From an uncultured Alphaproteobacteria bacterium (lineage in GTDB: Bacteria > Pseudomonadota > Alphaproteobacteria > HIMB59), in assembly GCA_902613845.1 (NCBI GenBank), contig CACMIW010000005.1, positions 60,535 through 92,534 of the forward strand: a stretch of DNA of 32,000 nt, given 5' to 3'. Positions 1 through 13,200 of this stretch are shown one piece after another. Position 1 is the stretch's first letter. Each line of letters begins with the position of its first letter. Made by a program: the position numbers and the translations under genes. The notes below the pieces were generated by a model. The model was not told the origin of the DNA and did no database searches. It saw nothing but the letters and a program-made list of their open reading frames with translations.

Positions 1-2892
1 AAGTTAAATACTTATTTATCTTTAGATAAAGAAAATAAAACAAGAATTTTAAGTAAATCTGACATTCTTGCTGTCGCAAAAAAACTTTTTGATATGAAAA
101 CAGATAGTGCTGGTAAAGACGATATTGATCATTTAGGAAATAGGCGTGTTCGTTCAGTAGGCGAGTTAATTGAAAATCAATATAGAATTGGATTAGTTAG
201 GATGGAAAGAGCTATAAGAGAAAAAATGGGCACGGTTGATATTGAGTCAATAATGCCCCAAGACCTTGTTAATTCAAAACCTATCCAAACCGTTTTGAAA
301 GAATTTACCGGCACAAGTCAATTAAGTCAGTTTATGGATCAAACTAACCCATTAAGTGAGATTACACATAAAAGAAGAATCTCTGCATTAGGCCCAGGAG
401 GATTGACAAGAGAAAGAGCTGGATTTGAAGTCCGTGATGTTCATACAACTCATTATGGAAGAATATGTCCTATTGAAACACCAGAGGGTTCTAACATCGG
501 TCTTATAAATAGCCTTTCATCTTTTGCTAGAATTAATCAATATGGTTTCATAGAAACACCTTATAGGAAAATAGTTAAAGGCTCAGTAACTAATGAAGTT
601 TTATATTTAAATGCTGATGAAGAAGAAAATTATACTATTGCGCAAGCTAATAGCCCTATCAGTGAGAATGGTAAATTTACCGAAGAGCAGGTAAGTTGTC
701 GGAGGAGAGGCGACTTTATTTTTTGCGATCCATCTGAAATTGATTTCATGGATGTTAATCCCCAACAATTAGTCTCTGTTGCTGCATCTTTAATTCCATT
801 CTTGGAAAACGATGATGCAAATAGAGCACTAATGGGTTCAAATATGATGAGACAAGCTGTTCCTCTGGTAAAAAGTGAAGCACCACTTGTAGGAACTGGA
901 TTTGAATCAAAAGTAGCAAGAGATAGTGGAGCAGTTGTCATAGCACAAAATAGTGGATACGTTCATCAAGTTGACTCTTCAAGAATAGTCATTAGATCTG
1001 ACTCAAAAAATATAAGTAAAGATAAAAGTGGAGTTGATATCTACAATCTCAAGAAGTTCCAAAGATCTAATCAAAGTACAGCTATTAATCAAAAACCAAT
1101 AGTTAAGATTGGTGATTATGTCCAAAGAGGAGACATCATAGCTGATGGACCCTCAACTGATTTAGGAGAACTAGCTTTAGGAAGAAATCTCCTAGTAGGA
1201 TTTATGCCATGGAACGGTTACAATTTTGAAGACTCTATAATAATGTCAGAAAGAGTTGTCCATGAAGATAGATATACTTCAATACATATTGAAGAATTTG
1301 AGGTCTTATGTAGAGATACTAAATTAGGCCCTGAAGAAATAACAAGAGATATGCCAAATGTGGGTGATGAAAGTATTACAAATCTAGATGAAGCAGGAAT
1401 TGTTTTTATTGGCTCTGAAGTTAAACCAGGAGATATACTTGTTGGGAAGGTTTCTCCAAAAGGCGATTCACCTATTACTCCAGAAGAAAAGTTATTAAGA
1501 GCTATTTTCTCAGAAAAAGCTGCCGATGTTAAAGATACATCACTAAGATTACCAACTGGCTACTCTGGTGTTGTAGTTGATGTTCAAGTTTTAGTGCGAA
1601 GAGGTGTTGAAAAAGATGAAAGAACAATAGCTATCGAAAGAGTTGAGATAGATAGATTAGCTAAAGATAGAGATGATGAAAAAAATATTTTAGAAAATAA
1701 TTATAAACAAAACATTATTAGTATTTTTAAAAATAAAAATGCCACTTCAAATATAGATGTATTTGTAAAAGGGAAAAAATTAGAAGAAGATACTCTAAGT
1801 TCTAAATCGATTGAAATCTTAGAAAAAATCCAAGTCGACGATAATGCTTCTATGGAAACATTTACTTCACAGAAGAAAATTTTTAGTGATGCAGTTATTT
1901 TGTTAGATAAAAAATTTCAAAACAAAATAGAAAAAATTCAAAGTGGTGATGATTTATTACCTGGCGTACTAAAAGTAGTTAAAGTTTTTGTTGCAGTAAA
2001 AAGAAAACTACAAGCTGGAGATAAGATGGCTGGTAGACACGGTAATAAGGGTGTAATATCTAAGATAGTTCCAATTGAAGATATGCCTTTTTTAGAAGAT
2101 GGAACTCCTGTAGATGTTTTACTAAACCCTCTAGGTGTCCCAAGTAGAATGAATATAGGTCAAATATTAGAGACACATTTAGGATGGGCTGCCTATGGTA
2201 TCGGTAAACAAATTTCCCAAAGTTTAGATTTGGCAAGGAAAGAGGGTAATATAAATCAGTTAAAAGAGTCACTATCTAAATTTTACGAAGCGAACAAAGA
2301 CTCAAATGTTGAAATTACAAATATGAATGATGACCAACTAATAGAATTAGCTGGGAATTTAGAAAAAGGCGTGACCTTTGCCACACCTGTCTTCGATGGG
2401 ACTAATACTACTGAAATTACAAATCTTTTAGATAGAGCAGGATTCGATAATAGTGGTCAAGTCTATTTATTTGATGGTAGATCAGGAGAAAGGTTTGAGA
2501 GAAAAGTTACTGTCGGGTATAAATATATCTTAAAACTTCACCATTTAATTGATGATAAGATTCATGCTAGGTCTATTGGTCCTTATAGTCTTGTAACACA
2601 ACAACCTTTAGGTGGAAAAGCCCAATTTGGTGGCCAAAGATTTGGTGAAATGGAAGTTTGGGCTTTAGAGGCCTACGGTGCTTCTAATACCTTACAGGAA
2701 ATTTTAACTATTAAATCTGACGACGTTGCTGGAAGAACAAAAGTTTATGAAGCTTTAATAAGAGGTGATTACAATTTTGAAAGTGGAATACCAGAGTCAT
2801 TTCACGTTTTAGTAAAAGAATTAAAATCTCTTGGATTAAACGTAGAATTAATAGAAACAGACCCCACTGTTAATAGGGAGAATACACAATGA
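1..2892 (+). CDS. rpoB: DNA-directed RNA polymerase beta subunit, 5'-truncated by the window edge
   Basis: Frame 1 is open from base 1 with no stop before the M at 94, so the gene starts upstream of the window. Motifs [13 protein letters not shown] and [25 protein letters not shown]. The TGA stop overlaps the rpoC ATG (ATGA). Confidence 0.99.
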   Translation, partial: KLNTYLSLDKENKTRILSKSDILAVAKKLFDMKTDSAGKDDIDHLGNRRVRSVGELIENQYRIGLVRMERAIREKMGTVDIESIMPQDLVNSKPIQTVLKEFTGTSQLSQFMDQTNPLSEITHKRRISALGPGGLTRERAGFEVRDVHTTHYGRICPIETPEGSNIGLINSLSSFARINQYGFIETPYRKIVKGSVTNEVLYLNADEEENYTIAQANSPISENGKFTEEQVSCRRRGDFIFCDPSEIDFMDVNPQQLVSVAASLIPFLENDDANRALMGSNMMRQAVPLVKSEAPLVGTGFESKVARDSGAVVIAQNSGYVHQVDSSRIVIRSDSKNISKDKSGVDIYNLKKFQRSNQSTAINQKPIVKIGDYVQRGDIIADGPSTDLGELALGRNLLVGFMPWNGYNFEDSIIMSERVVHEDRYTSIHIEEFEVLCRDTKLGPEEITRDMPNVGDESITNLDEAGIVFIGSEVKPGDILVGKVSPKGDSPITPEEKLLRAIFSEKAADVKDTSLRLPTGYSGVVVDVQVLVRRGVEKDERTIAIERVEIDRLAKDRDDEKNILENNYKQNIISIFKNKNATSNIDVFVKGKKLEEDTLSSKSIEILEKIQVDDNASMETFTSQKKIFSDAVILLDKKFQNKIEKIQSGDDLLPGVLKVVKVFVAVKRKLQAGDKMAGRHGNKGVISKIVPIEDMPFLEDGTPVDVLLNPLGVPSRMNIGQILETHLGWAAYGIGKQISQSLDLARKEGNINQLKESLSKFYEANKDSNVEITNMNDDQLIELAGNLEKGVTFATPVFDGTNTTEITNLLDRAGFDNSGQVYLFDGRSGERFERKVTVGYKYILKLHHLIDDKIHARSIGPYSLVTQQPLGGKAQFGGQRFGEMEVWALEAYGASNTLQEILTIKSDDVAGRTKVYEALIRGDYNFESGIPESFHVLVKELKSLGLNVELIETDPTVNRENTQ

Positions 2893-5800
2893 AAGATTTA
2901 ACTAATTTATTTAAAACTAATAACCAAACTCTTAACTTTGATCAGATTAAAATTTCTGTTTCAAGCCCTGAGCAAATAAGGTCATGGTCTTTTGGTGAAA
3001 TTAAAAAACCTGAGACTATCAATTACAGAACATTTAAGCCTGAAAGAGAAGGCTTGTTTTGTGCAAGAATTTTTGGACCTACAAAAGATTATGAGTGTTT
3101 ATGTGGAAAATATAAAAGAATGAAATTCAAAGGTATTACATGTGAAAAATGTGGTGTCGAAGTTACACTCTCTAAAGTTAGAAGAGAGAGAATGGCTCAT
3201 ATTGAATTAGCAGCACCTGTTGCTCATATTTGGTTTTTAAAATCATTACCCAGTAGAATTGGTCTCGCCCTTGATATAACTCTAAAGAACCTTGAAAAGG
3301 TCTTATATTTTGAAAGTCATATAGTTATTGACCCACTTTTGTCTGGACTAAGTGCCAATCAATTATTAACAGATGATGAATTAGAAGAAGCAATTGATCA
3401 ATATGGCGAAGACTCTTTCAAACATGGAATTGGCGCTGAAGCTGTTCAAGAAATTTTATCAAAAATCGATTTAGGGGCAGAAGTAGATAAACTGGTTGAG
3501 GAAAGTGAAGCAACTTCATCTGAAACCAAAAAGAAAAAAATTCTTAAACGAATGAAAGTAATGGAAGGGTTTAAAAACTCTAATATAAAACCTGAGTGGA
3601 TGGTTTTAAAAGTACTCCCTGTTATTCCACCAGAGCTAAGACCACTAGTACCCTTAGAAGGTGGTCGTTTTGCAACATCTGATTTAAATGACTTGTATCG
3701 AAGAGTAATAAATAGAAATAACAGATTAAAAAGACTTTTAGATCTTAGGGCCCCTGACATAATTGTTCGAAATGAAAAAAGAATGCTACAAGAGTCTGTT
3801 GATGCATTATTTGATAATGGCAGAAGAGGAAGAGTTATAACAAGCACTAATAAAAGACCTCTAAAATCTCTTTCAGAAATGTTAAAAGGAAAACAAGGAA
3901 GGTTTAGACAAAACTTATTAGGTAAAAGAGTAGATTATTCTGGAAGATCAGTAATTGTTGTAGGTCCAGAATTAAAACTTCATCAATGTGGTCTACCTAA
4001 AAAGATGGCTTTAGAGTTATTTAAACCATTTATATACAATAAACTTGAATCTTATGGTTTCGCCTCAACTCTTAAATCTGCAAGAAAAATGGTAGAGTCT
4101 GAGAGACCTGAAGTTTGGGATATACTTGACGAAGTAATTAGAGAACATCCAATTCTTTTAAATAGAGCTCCTACATTACATAGATTAGGTATTCAAGCAT
4201 TTGAACCAATTTTAATAGAAGGTAAAGCTATTCAACTACATCCACTAGTTTGTACAGCATTTAATGCAGATTTTGACGGTGATCAGATGGCAGTTCATAT
4301 TCCTTTGAGTCTTGAAGCTCAACTTGAAGCAAGAGTTTTAATGATGAGCACTAATAACATTCTTTCACCTTCAAGTGGAAAACCAATTATTGTTCCAAGT
4401 CAAGATATAGTTTTAGGAATTTATTATTTATCATTAATTAATGAAAATGAAGAGCCAAAGAAATATTACTCTCATGTAGGTGAAGTCGAGTTTGCATTAG
4501 AAAACAAAACAATTGAATTGCATACACCCATAATTTACAGAACTAAAATTTACAACTCAGAAAAAGATAGTCTTGAATTCAAGAAATATACTACATCAGC
4601 GGGTAGAGTTATGCTTTTTAAAACAGTCCCTGAAAGCAAAAACTTACCTTTTGATGTTATTAATAAAGTTCTTACAAAAAAAGATATTAGTAACCTTTTA
4701 GACAACGTTTATAGATTTACAGGTCAAAAAGCGACCTGCATATTTGTTGACCAAATCATGAACGTAGGTTTTAAGTATGCTGCAAAAGCTGGAATTTCAT
4801 TTGGAAAGGACGATTTAGTCATACCTGAAGAAAAGAATATTTTAATTCAGGATACTCAAAAATTAGTTAACAGTCTTGAAAGCCAATATCAAGAAGGTCT
4901 CATTACTGAGAGAGAAAAATATAATAAAGTTGTGGGTTTATGGTCTACTTGTACAGACAAAGTAGCAAAAGCAATGATGAAAACTGTTTCATCAAATAAA
5001 GATAGCCAAATTAACTCTGTATATATAATGGCGGACTCTGGTGCTCGTGGCTCTGAGGCACAACTTAAACAGTTAGCAGGTATGAGAGGTTTGATGGCAA
5101 GACCATCAGGAGAGATTATTGAAAACCCAATTACATCGAACTTCAAAGATGGTTTGACAGTTCTTGAATATTTTAATTCTACTCATGGTGCTAGAAAAGG
5201 TTTAGCTGATACTGCCCTTAAAACTGCAAGTTCGGGTTATTTAACTAGAAGACTCGTCGATGTTGCTCAAGATCTAACAATTACTTGTAAAGATTGTACA
5301 TGTAAAAATGGATTAACTGTTGACACTATTTATGAGTCTGGCGAAGTTTCAATACCTTTAAAAGAAAGAGTTTTTGGTAGATATCTTGCTGATGATGTCA
5401 AAAACAAAAAAGGTGAGGTAATAATAAAAAATGACTCTTATATTTCACACGAAGAAGTTGAGTTATTAGAAAAAGAAAATATTACGTCTGTTAGAATTAA
5501 ATCACCAATCACTTGTGGAACAACACATGGTATTTGTGCTAAATCATATGGTAGAGACTTAGCAAAAGGAGTCCCTGTAAATACTGGTGAAGCAGTAGGT
5601 ATTATCGCAGCTCAGTCTATCGGTGAACCTGGTACTCAGTTAACTATGAGAACATTCCATGTGGGTGGTGTTGCAAGTTCTTCCGCCGAAAAATCAAATT
5701 TTGAGTCACCTAGTGATGGTAAAGTTAAAATTAAAAATCTTAGATCGGTTGTAAATGGATCTGGAAATGAAATAATTATTAATAGAACCACTGAACTTGA

Positions 5801-7001
5801 AATATTTGATAACAGTAAAACTTTACTCTCTTCTTTTAGAGCTCCGTATGGGTCTACTTTATTAGTAAAAAATGGTGCAGATGTTAAACTTAACAGCCTA
5901 TTACTAGAGTGGGATCCATATACTGTACCAATAGTTGCTGAGGAGTCTGGAAAATTAGATTTTAGTGATTTAGTTGAGGGTGTATCATTTATTGAGAAAT
6001 TTGATGAGACTACCGGTATTTCATCAAAAGTTATAATTGATTGGAAAAGTTTTCAGGGAAAACAAGATCTAAAACCACAGTTGCTAATTACTGACAAGGA
6101 TGGCAATCCAATTAAATCTAAAAATTCATCTATTTATGATTTGAGTGTTGGTATTGTTCTAAATATTGAAAAAGGAAAAGAAGTTACCGCTGGTGATGTA
6201 ATAGCTAGAATTCCAAGAGCCTCTTCTAAAACAAAAGATATTACAGGTGGACTACCAAGAGTTGCTGATATTTTTGAGTCAAGAAAACCAAAGAATCCTG
6301 CTGTTTTAGCAGAAATATCTGGAACAATTGAATTTGGAAAAGATATTAAGAGTAAAAGAAGAATTATTATAAACCCTGAAGAAGGAGAGCCAGTAGAATT
6401 TTTAATCCCTAAAGGCACCTATATTTATTTTAACGAGGGCGATAAGGTAAACAAAGGTGATATGATTGTTGATGGTACTCCAGCTCCAACAGATATATTA
6501 AATATTCTCGGAATTGAGGCCTTAGCTGAATATATGGTTAGAGAAGTTCAAAAAGTTTACCGTTTACAAGGTGTTTTAATTGATGACAAACACATAGAGT
6601 GTATTACACGTCAAATGCTACAAAAAGTTGAAATAATCGATGCTGGTGATAGTGAATATTTAGTTGGTGATATAAAAGATAAAATAGATGTCATAGAAAA
6701 GAATAACTCTCTAAAAAAAGAAGGTAAAAAAGAGGCTCATTATAAAATGATGATACTTGGAATTACAAAGGCTAGTCTTCAAACTAACTCCTTTATCTCA
6801 GCAGCTTCTTTTCAAGAAACAACAAGAGTTCTAACTGAGGCAGCTATTAATGGAAAGGTTGATAAATTAACTGGCCTCAAGGAAAATGTTATTGTTGGCA
6901 AATTAATTCCCGCTGGAACTGGTAATGTAATTAGAGCTCTGAAAAAAGAGGCTAAAATCCGCGATAATTCACTATTAAAACAATTAGAAACTGCTAAATA
7001 G
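2889..7001 (+). CDS. rpoC: DNA-directed RNA polymerase beta' subunit
   Basis: 1370 aa. Zinc motif [23 protein letters not shown] and catalytic [12 protein letters not shown]. Follows rpoB. Confidence 0.99.
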   Translation: MKDLTNLFKTNNQTLNFDQIKISVSSPEQIRSWSFGEIKKPETINYRTFKPEREGLFCARIFGPTKDYECLCGKYKRMKFKGITCEKCGVEVTLSKVRRERMAHIELAAPVAHIWFLKSLPSRIGLALDITLKNLEKVLYFESHIVIDPLLSGLSANQLLTDDELEEAIDQYGEDSFKHGIGAEAVQEILSKIDLGAEVDKLVEESEATSSETKKKKILKRMKVMEGFKNSNIKPEWMVLKVLPVIPPELRPLVPLEGGRFATSDLNDLYRRVINRNNRLKRLLDLRAPDIIVRNEKRMLQESVDALFDNGRRGRVITSTNKRPLKSLSEMLKGKQGRFRQNLLGKRVDYSGRSVIVVGPELKLHQCGLPKKMALELFKPFIYNKLESYGFASTLKSARKMVESERPEVWDILDEVIREHPILLNRAPTLHRLGIQAFEPILIEGKAIQLHPLVCTAFNADFDGDQMAVHIPLSLEAQLEARVLMMSTNNILSPSSGKPIIVPSQDIVLGIYYLSLINENEEPKKYYSHVGEVEFALENKTIELHTPIIYRTKIYNSEKDSLEFKKYTTSAGRVMLFKTVPESKNLPFDVINKVLTKKDISNLLDNVYRFTGQKATCIFVDQIMNVGFKYAAKAGISFGKDDLVIPEEKNILIQDTQKLVNSLESQYQEGLITEREKYNKVVGLWSTCTDKVAKAMMKTVSSNKDSQINSVYIMADSGARGSEAQLKQLAGMRGLMARPSGEIIENPITSNFKDGLTVLEYFNSTHGARKGLADTALKTASSGYLTRRLVDVAQDLTITCKDCTCKNGLTVDTIYESGEVSIPLKERVFGRYLADDVKNKKGEVIIKNDSYISHEEVELLEKENITSVRIKSPITCGTTHGICAKSYGRDLAKGVPVNTGEAVGIIAAQSIGEPGTQLTMRTFHVGGVASSSAEKSNFESPSDGKVKIKNLRSVVNGSGNEIIINRTTELEIFDNSKTLLSSFRAPYGSTLLVKNGADVKLNSLLLEWDPYTVPIVAEESGKLDFSDLVEGVSFIEKFDETTGISSKVIIDWKSFQGKQDLKPQLLITDKDGNPIKSKNSSIYDLSVGIVLNIEKGKEVTAGDVIARIPRASSKTKDITGGLPRVADIFESRKPKNPAVLAEISGTIEFGKDIKSKRRIIINPEEGEPVEFLIPKGTYIYFNEGDKVNKGDMIVDGTPAPTDILNILGIEALAEYMVREVQKVYRLQGVLIDDKHIECITRQMLQKVEIIDAGDSEYLVGDIKDKIDVIEKNNSLKKEGKKEAHYKMMILGITKASLQTNSFISAASFQETTRVLTEAAINGKVDKLTGLKENVIVGKLIPAGTGNVIRALKKEAKIRDNSLLKQLETAK

Positions 7002-7004
7002 ATG

Positions 7005-7033
7005 TTGACTATACATAATACTATAAATATATT
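7005..7033 (+). promoter_or_regulatory. Candidate sigma70-type promoter for rpsL and downstream genes
   Basis: TTGACT (7005-7010), 17 nt spacer, TATATT (7028-7033), in the 41 nt rpoC-rpsL gap. The predicted start near 7040 is only about 3 nt before the rpsL ATG at 7043. AT-rich DNA gives many chance matches. Confidence 0.35.
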
Positions 7034-7042
7034 CTGCGAACT

Positions 7043-7417
7043 ATGCCGACCATAAACCAATTAGTTAGGAAATCTAGAGAGAAAGTCTCTAAGAGAAACA
7101 AAGTTCCTGCTCTTAAGTCATGTCCTCAAAAAAGAGGTGTATGCCTTAGAGTTTATACTACTACTCCAAAAAAACCTAACTCAGCCTTAAGAAAAGTTGC
7201 AAGAGTTAAGCTTACAAATGGTCAAGAAGTTACAGCATATATACCAGGCGAAGGACATAACTTACAGGAACATTCTGTTGTGTTAATTCGTGGAGGTAGA
7301 GTTAAAGATTTACCTGGTGTTAGATATCATATAATTAGAGGAACTTTAGACACTCAAGGGCTTGAAAAAAGAAGACAACGTAGATCTAAATACGGTGCAA
7401 AAAGGCCAAAAAATTAA
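7043..7417 (+). CDS. rpsL: 30S ribosomal protein S12
   Basis: 124 aa. MPTINQL..., [18 protein letters not shown] and [14 protein letters not shown] are classic S12 sequences. Confidence 0.99.
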   Translation: MPTINQLVRKSREKVSKRNKVPALKSCPQKRGVCLRVYTTTPKKPNSALRKVARVKLTNGQEVTAYIPGEGHNLQEHSVVLIRGGRVKDLPGVRYHIIRGTLDTQGLEKRRQRRSKYGAKRPKN

Positions 7418-7427
7418 TATTTAAATC

Positions 7428-7901
7428 ATGTCAAGAAGAAGAGCAGCAGAGAAAAGACAAGTACTACCAGATCCAATTTACAATAGTGTTGTTCTAAACA
7501 AATTTATAAATGAGGTAATGGTAGGGGGTAAAAAAACGGTAGCACAAAAAATAGTATATGGTGCCCTAGATATTATCAAAACAAATAATCAAAGTGACGA
7601 TCCGTTAGATTATTTTCAAAAATCTATCAATAACGTTAAACCGTCTGTTGAAGTCAAATCAAGAAGAGTTGGTGGAGCTACATATCAAGTACCAATGGAA
7701 GTAAGAAGCACTAGAGCTCAAGCATTAGCATTTAAATGGATATTAACTAATTCAAAAAAACGAAATGAAAAAACGCAAAGGGAGAGGTTGGCAAACGAAT
7801 TAATAGATGCTTTTGAAAACAAAGGTAATTCTGTTAAGAAAAAAGACGAAGTTCATAAAATGGCAGAGGCTAACAGAGCATTTGCTCACTATAGGTGGTA
7901 A
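7428..7901 (+). CDS. rpsG: 30S ribosomal protein S7
   Basis: 157 aa. [20 protein letters not shown]... and the C-terminal [10 protein letters not shown] are typical of S7. Lies between rpsL and fusA. Confidence 0.98.
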   Translation: MSRRRAAEKRQVLPDPIYNSVVLNKFINEVMVGGKKTVAQKIVYGALDIIKTNNQSDDPLDYFQKSINNVKPSVEVKSRRVGGATYQVPMEVRSTRAQALAFKWILTNSKKRNEKTQRERLANELIDAFENKGNSVKKKDEVHKMAEANRAFAHYRW

Positions 7902-7903
7902 GA

Positions 7904-9967
7904 ATGGATTTAAGTAAATACAGAAATATCGGAATTATGGCACATATTGATGCAGGTAAAACTACAACCACCGAAAGAATTTTGTACTATACAGGAAAGT
8001 CTCACAAAATAGGTGAAGTTCATGATGGTGCTGCAACAATGGATTGGATGGAGCAAGAGCAAGAAAGAGGTATAACAATTACTTCAGCTGCTACAACCTG
8101 TTTTTGGAATGATCACAGAATAAATATTATTGATACACCTGGTCACGTTGATTTCACAATTGAAGTTGAGAGGTCTTTAAGAGTTTTAGATGGAGCTGTA
8201 GCATGTTTTGACGGTGTTGCAGGAGTTGAACCACAATCAGAAACAGTTTGGAGACAAGCTGATAGATATAAAGTTCCAAGGATTTGTTTTTGTAATAAAA
8301 TGGACAGACTTGGTGCAGATTTTGATATGAATGTTCAATCTATCAAAGATAGGTTAGGAGCTAATCCTCTTGTTTTACAAATGGCAATCGGAAAAGAAGC
8401 AGATTTCAAAGGAGTTGTTGACCTAGTTAATTTTAAATCAATTATATGGAAAGACGATAGTCTCGGTGCAGAATATGATGTCACTGATATTAGTGATGAT
8501 TTAATTGAGGAAGCTAAGAAAAAAAGAGAAGTTTTAATAGAAAATGCAGTTGAAGCAGATGATAAAGCACTAGAGGACTATCTAGAGGGAAAAGAAATAT
8601 CTGTTGATACTTTAAAAGCTTGTATAAGAAAAGGAACAATTGATTTTAAATTTGTTCCTGTTTTGTGTGGAACTGCTTTTAAAAATAAAGGTGTCCAACC
8701 ATTACTTGATGCTGTTGTAGATTATTTACCTTCTCCTAAAGACATAGGTTTTGTTGAAGGAATAAAAGAAAACTCAGATGATAAATTACAAATCCCTAAT
8801 ACCCCTGAAGAACCTTTTGCAGCCTTGGCTTTTAAAGTAGCAGCAGATCCTTTTGTTGGTCAAATAACTTTTTGTAGACTTTATTGTGGAAACCTAAGTT
8901 CAGGTTCAACCATACTAAATTCATCAAAAAATCAAAAAGAAAGAATTGGAAGAATGCTTTTAATGCATTCAAACACTAGAGAAGAAATCAAAGATGCAAA
9001 GGCAGGAGATATAGTTGCTTTAGTTGGTTTGAAGAATGTCACTACTGGTGATACTTTATGTGATCCATCAAAAAAAGTTATCTTAGAAAAAATGGAATTC
9101 CCTGACCCTGTTATTGAAGTTGCAGTTGAGCCTAAAACTAAAGCCGACTATGAAAAAATGGGACAAGCCTTAGGAAGGTTGGCTCAAGAGGATCCAAGTT
9201 TCAGAGTTACCTCAGATGAAGAGTCTGGACAGACAATTATTAAAGGTATGGGCGAACTTCATTTAGAAATTTTGGTTGATAGAATGAAAAGAGAATTCAA
9301 AGTTGAAGCTGATGTTGGAGCTCCTCAAGTTGCATATAGAGAGACAATTACTAAAGATGTCGAAGTAGATTATACACATAAAAAACAATCTGGTGGTGCT
9401 GGTCAATTTGCAAGAGTAAAAATGAAATTCAAACCGTTAGAGAGAAACTCTGGTGTTAAATTTGTTAACACAGTAGTTGGAGGAAATATTCCAAAAGAAT
9501 ATATCCCTGGAGTAGAAAAAGGTATTAATTTTGCCGCTCAAAATGGAGTCATAGCTGGCTATAACGTTATAGACTTTGAAGCAGAAGTTCATGATGGTGC
9601 ATTTCATGACGTTGACTCTTCTGTATTAGCTTTTGAGATAGCTTCAAGAGCCGCATTTAGAGAAGCTGTTGGAAAAGCTGGACCAAAATTACTTGAGCCA
9701 ATGATGAAAGTTGAAGTAGTTACCCCAGAAGATTACATGGGCGATATTATTGGTGATTTAAATTCAAGAAGAGGTCAAATTGAAAAAATGGAAGACAGAG
9801 GCAATGCCAAAGTAGTATCGTCTGTAGTTCCTCTTGCTAATATGTTTGGTTATGTTAATAATCTACGCTCAATGAGCCAAGGAAGAGCAAGTTATACAAT
9901 GTTATTTTCACACTATGATGTCGTACCTTCAAATGTTGAAGAGGAAATTAAATCTAAACTGGCATAA
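7904..9967 (+). CDS. fusA: Translation elongation factor G
   Basis: G-domain motifs [17 protein letters not shown] and NKMD. The ATG at 7904 is preceded by AGGTGG 5 nt upstream. The ORF track's in-frame GTG at 7895 is an alternative start. Confidence 0.97.
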   Translation: MDLSKYRNIGIMAHIDAGKTTTTERILYYTGKSHKIGEVHDGAATMDWMEQEQERGITITSAATTCFWNDHRINIIDTPGHVDFTIEVERSLRVLDGAVACFDGVAGVEPQSETVWRQADRYKVPRICFCNKMDRLGADFDMNVQSIKDRLGANPLVLQMAIGKEADFKGVVDLVNFKSIIWKDDSLGAEYDVTDISDDLIEEAKKKREVLIENAVEADDKALEDYLEGKEISVDTLKACIRKGTIDFKFVPVLCGTAFKNKGVQPLLDAVVDYLPSPKDIGFVEGIKENSDDKLQIPNTPEEPFAALAFKVAADPFVGQITFCRLYCGNLSSGSTILNSSKNQKERIGRMLLMHSNTREEIKDAKAGDIVALVGLKNVTTGDTLCDPSKKVILEKMEFPDPVIEVAVEPKTKADYEKMGQALGRLAQEDPSFRVTSDEESGQTIIKGMGELHLEILVDRMKREFKVEADVGAPQVAYRETITKDVEVDYTHKKQSGGAGQFARVKMKFKPLERNSGVKFVNTVVGGNIPKEYIPGVEKGINFAAQNGVIAGYNVIDFEAEVHDGAFHDVDSSVLAFEIASRAAFREAVGKAGPKLLEPMMKVEVVTPEDYMGDIIGDLNSRRGQIEKMEDRGNAKVVSSVVPLANMFGYVNNLRSMSQGRASYTMLFSHYDVVPSNVEEEIKSKLA

Positions 9968-9969
9968 TC

Positions 9970-10284
9970 ATGATAAATCAAAATATTAGAATAAGATTAA
10001 AATCATTTGATCATAATATTTTAGATAGAAGTTCAATTGATATTCTTCAGACTGCTAAAAGAACTGGCGCTAAAGTAATTGGACCAATTCCCATGCCATC
10101 TAAAATTGAAAGAGTTACAGTAAATAAATCCCCACATGTTGATAAAAAAAGTAGGGAGCAGTTTGAATTACGAACACACATTAGAATGATGGATATCATT
10201 GAACCTACACCACAAACAGTTGATGCACTTATGAAGCTTGACTTAGCATCTGGTGTTAATGTCGATATAAAAATAAAAAAATAA
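9970..10284 (+). CDS. rpsJ: 30S ribosomal protein S10
   Basis: 104 aa. [14 protein letters not shown]... matches S10. Starts 2 nt after the fusA stop. Confidence 0.98.
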   Translation: MINQNIRIRLKSFDHNILDRSSIDILQTAKRTGAKVIGPIPMPSKIERVTVNKSPHVDKKSREQFELRTHIRMMDIIEPTPQTVDALMKLDLASGVNVDIKIKK

Positions 10285-10290
10285 TTTATT

Positions 10291-10896
10291 ATGATCATCA
10301 GCACTAAAATTGGCCAAACTTCATTTATTAATGAAAACGGCACTAGAGTTTCTGCAACAGTTCTTGATTACAATAGTTGTACCGTTGTTGGTAACAGAAC
10401 TATTGACAGAGATGGTTACCTTGCAAATATTATTGGTTTTCTTAAACCAAAAAAACTTAATAAACCCCAATTAAAAGAATTTAATAAATTAAATTTAGAG
10501 CCAAAAAAAATAATCAAGGAACAAAGAATAAATTCTGACGAGGAACTCCAAGAGATTGGCTCTTTAATTGATCCTAAATTTAAAGTTGGTGATAAAGTTT
10601 CTGTACAGTCAAAATCAACTGGTAAAGGTTTTGCCGGCGCTATGAAGAGACACAATTTTAGTGGTATGAGAGCAACACATGGTGTTTCTATTTCTCATAG
10701 AGCTCATGGTTCAACAGGTCAAAATCAGAATCCAGGTAAGGTGTTCAAAGGAAAAAAAATGGCTGGTCATTTAGGAGATCAATTAACAACTACTAAAAAT
10801 TTAGAGGTACTTTTAATTGATCAAGATAAAAAATTAATATTTATCAAAGGATCTGTTCCTGGAAAAAATAAATCTATAGTGAAGGTTTTTAAATAA
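10291..10896 (+). CDS. rplC: 50S ribosomal protein L3
   Basis: 201 aa. [21 protein letters not shown] and GKKMAGHLG motifs. Expected S10-operon position. Confidence 0.97.
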   Translation: MIISTKIGQTSFINENGTRVSATVLDYNSCTVVGNRTIDRDGYLANIIGFLKPKKLNKPQLKEFNKLNLEPKKIIKEQRINSDEELQEIGSLIDPKFKVGDKVSVQSKSTGKGFAGAMKRHNFSGMRATHGVSISHRAHGSTGQNQNPGKVFKGKKMAGHLGDQLTTTKNLEVLLIDQDKKLIFIKGSVPGKNKSIVKVFK

Positions 10897-11463
10897 ATGT
10901 TTGAACAAATTACATTAAAAGATAAAAATGTATCCGAAAAAGCTTTACATTTATCATTACAAAAAATCTATTCTCATAAACAAGGAAATAATCACAGTCT
11001 TGATAGATCTGAAGTTGCTGGCTCAGGAAAAAAACTTTTTAAACAAAAAGGAACCGGAAATGCAAGAGCTGGTAACAAAAAAACAACACAAAGAAGAGGT
11101 GGGGGAAAAGCTTTTGGTCCAAAATTTCATACGGTTTCTTACAAAGTTAATAAAAAAGTTAAAAAAAGTGCCATAGTTTCATCAATAGTTAGTAAAAGTA
11201 ATAATAAATCACTCTTTGTTTTTGACGAAGAAAAATTAGATGAAAAAAATATCTCTGATTTGTTAAAAAAAAACCCAAACAAAATGATTATTTTTGTGCT
11301 TAGTAATATAACTGAAAATAAATTGATTAATAAATTTCAAAACTATAAAAAAATATACTTTCTCTCAGATAAAAGTTATTCAGTCCATACAGCATTAAAA
11401 TCAGATATGGTTTTATTTTCAAAAAAATCAACAATTTATAATTCATACATAGGTAATAATTAA
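10897..11463 (+). CDS. rplD: 50S ribosomal protein L4
   Basis: 188 aa. KQKGTGNARAGN..QRRGGGKAFGPK loop motif. The ATG abuts the rplC stop. Confidence 0.95.
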   Translation: MFEQITLKDKNVSEKALHLSLQKIYSHKQGNNHSLDRSEVAGSGKKLFKQKGTGNARAGNKKTTQRRGGGKAFGPKFHTVSYKVNKKVKKSAIVSSIVSKSNNKSLFVFDEEKLDEKNISDLLKKNPNKMIIFVLSNITENKLINKFQNYKKIYFLSDKSYSVHTALKSDMVLFSKKSTIYNSYIGNN

Positions 11464-11464
11464 A

Positions 11465-11746
11465 ATGGATCTTAATTTAATTAAAAAACCTGTCATTACA
11501 GAAAAATCTACATCTAATGCTCAATTTAATAAGTATATTTTTGAAGTTCGAAACGATGCAAATAAAATCAACATAAAAAAGACAATAGAGGACATATATA
11601 AAGTTAAAGTTCAAAAGCTAAATAGTTTAATTGTTAAGAGCAAACCAAAAGTATTTAAGGGTCAAAGAGGTACAAGATCAGAGCTTAAAAGAATAATAGT
11701 CACTCTTAAAGAGGGCAACACCATAGATATGAGCGGTAAGGTATAA
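11465..11746 (+). CDS. rplW: 50S ribosomal protein L23
   Basis: 93 aa. [10 protein letters not shown] start and position between rplD and rplB. Confidence 0.95.
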   Translation: MDLNLIKKPVITEKSTSNAQFNKYIFEVRNDANKINIKKTIEDIYKVKVQKLNSLIVKSKPKVFKGQRGTRSELKRIIVTLKEGNTIDMSGKV

Positions 11747-11747
11747 T

Positions 11748-12572
11748 ATGGGACTGATAACTTACAAACCAACAACACCCTCTTACAGAAAAACAGTCAA
11801 AATTGATAAGTCACAATTGTTTAAGGGACGTCCAGAAAAATCTTTAATAGAAGACTTACAACCAAATTCTGGTAGAAACAATACTGGAAAGATTACAATT
11901 AGACATAGATCTGGTGGGCACAAGAAGAAATACAGACTAGTAAATTTTAAAAGAAATACATTTGATAAAATTGGTACAGTAGAGAGAATAGAATACGATC
12001 CTAATAGAAGTGCCTTTATAGCGCTAATTAACTATCAAGACATAAAAGAATACATTATTGCTCCTACTGATTTAAAAATCGGCTATAAGGTTATTTCATC
12101 AGCCAAAACAGAAATATCATCTGGTAATGCTATGAAGATAAAAAATATACCTACTGGTACCTCTATACATAACATTGAATTAAAACCAGGAGCTGGTGGT
12201 AAACTATGTAGATCAGCAGGATCTTTTGCACAGGTACTTGGAGAACAAGAAAAATATGTAATGGTTAAACTTTCATCCCGCGAAACGAGACTAGTTCATG
12301 GTGAATGTATGGCCACAATAGGGGTGGTATCTAATCAAGATAATAAAAACAAAAAAATTGGTAAAGCCGGAATTAAAAGACATTTGGGTATAAGACCCAC
12401 TGTTAGGGGTGTTGTAATGAATCCTGTTGATCATCCACACGGCGGAGGAGAGGGTAGAACATCAGGTGGTAGACACCCTTCAACTCCATGGGGAATGAAA
12501 ACTAAAGGCAAAAAGACAAGAAGAATTAAATTTACATCTAAAATGATTATATCGAGGAGGGCTAAAAAGTAA
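11748..12572 (+). CDS. rplB: 50S ribosomal protein L2
   Basis: 274 aa. [22 protein letters not shown] motif. Confidence 0.99.
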   Translation: MGLITYKPTTPSYRKTVKIDKSQLFKGRPEKSLIEDLQPNSGRNNTGKITIRHRSGGHKKKYRLVNFKRNTFDKIGTVERIEYDPNRSAFIALINYQDIKEYIIAPTDLKIGYKVISSAKTEISSGNAMKIKNIPTGTSIHNIELKPGAGGKLCRSAGSFAQVLGEQEKYVMVKLSSRETRLVHGECMATIGVVSNQDNKNKKIGKAGIKRHLGIRPTVRGVVMNPVDHPHGGGEGRTSGGRHPSTPWGMKTKGKKTRRIKFTSKMIISRRAKK

Positions 12573-12856
12573 TGGCAAGATCAGTATGGAAAGGACCTTA
12601 CTTTGATGTAACACTATTCAAAAAAGTTAAAAAATCTAAAGATGAAAGTTCAAAATCTCCAATTAAAACATGGTCAAGAAGATCTACTATTATACCTGAT
12701 TTTGTTGGAGTCACTATTTCCGTTTATAATGGTAAATCTTTCATACCAGTTTACGTAACTGAAGATATGGTTGGCCATAAACTTGGTGAGTTTTCGCCAA
12801 CAAGAGTTTTTAAGGGTCATTCAGGGGATAAGAAAGCAGTACAGGGTAAGAAATAA
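12572..12856 (+). CDS. rpsS: 30S ribosomal protein S19
   Basis: 94 aa. [12 protein letters not shown] and [33 protein letters not shown] junction with rplB. Confidence 0.98.
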   Translation: MARSVWKGPYFDVTLFKKVKKSKDESSKSPIKTWSRRSTIIPDFVGVTISVYNGKSFIPVYVTEDMVGHKLGEFSPTRVFKGHSGDKKAVQGKK

Positions 12857-12858
12857 TC

Positions 12859-13200
12859 ATGTCTAAAGAGGTAAAAGCAATCAATAAAATGATCAGGACT
12901 AGCTCACAAAAACTTAACCTAATTGTTAAAGATATAAGAAAAAAAGATATTAACGCAGCTCTTAATATTCTGAAATTTTCGAACAAAAGAGTAAGCAAAG
13001 AAGTATTAAAAACTTTAAACTCTGCTGTTGCTAATGCAGAAAATAATAACAACTTAGACATTGATAAACTTTTTGTTAAAGAAGCTTATGTTGGAAAAAG
13101 TTTGAGAATGAAAAGATTTAGACCTATGAGTAAAGGAAGAGCATTTCAGATTATTAAACCTTTTTCTAGACTAACCTTAGTTTTAGAGGAGAGATTATAA
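12859..13200 (+). CDS. rplV: 50S ribosomal protein L22
   Basis: 113 aa. S10-operon position and [29 protein letters not shown], which is L22-like. Confidence 0.96.
   Translation: MSKEVKAINKMIRTSSQKLNLIVKDIRKKDINAALNILKFSNKRVSKEVLKTLNSAVANAENNNNLDIDKLFVKEAYVGKSLRMKRFRPMSKGRAFQIIKPFSRLTLVLEERL

Noticed and set aside
1680-1950. K/N/I-rich, poorly conserved segment in rpoB, considered as a novel insertion
   Set aside because: It corresponds in position to the known lineage-variable dispensable region of proteobacterial beta subunits. Length and boundaries cannot be judged as unusual without an alignment.
630-7060. Minus-strand ORFs inside rpoB and rpoC (630-941, 2060-2272, 3446-3847, 4889-5146, 6134-6418, 6812-7060)
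   Set aside because: They lie wholly antisense to strongly supported, motif-rich genes. Their products are low-complexity with no recognisable motifs. These are typical shadow ORFs opposite codon-biased genes.
7895-7903. GTG start for fusA overlapping the rpsG stop, as in the ORF track
   Set aside because: The in-frame ATG at 7904 has an AGGTGG Shine-Dalgarno 5 nt upstream, while the GTG has none. The GTG cannot be excluded without N-terminal data.
10928-11176. Same-strand alternative-frame ORF (82 aa) inside rplD
   Set aside because: It is lysine-rich and low-complexity, produced by A-rich codons read out of frame. The L4 frame carries the conserved GTGNARAG...GGGKAFGPK loop.
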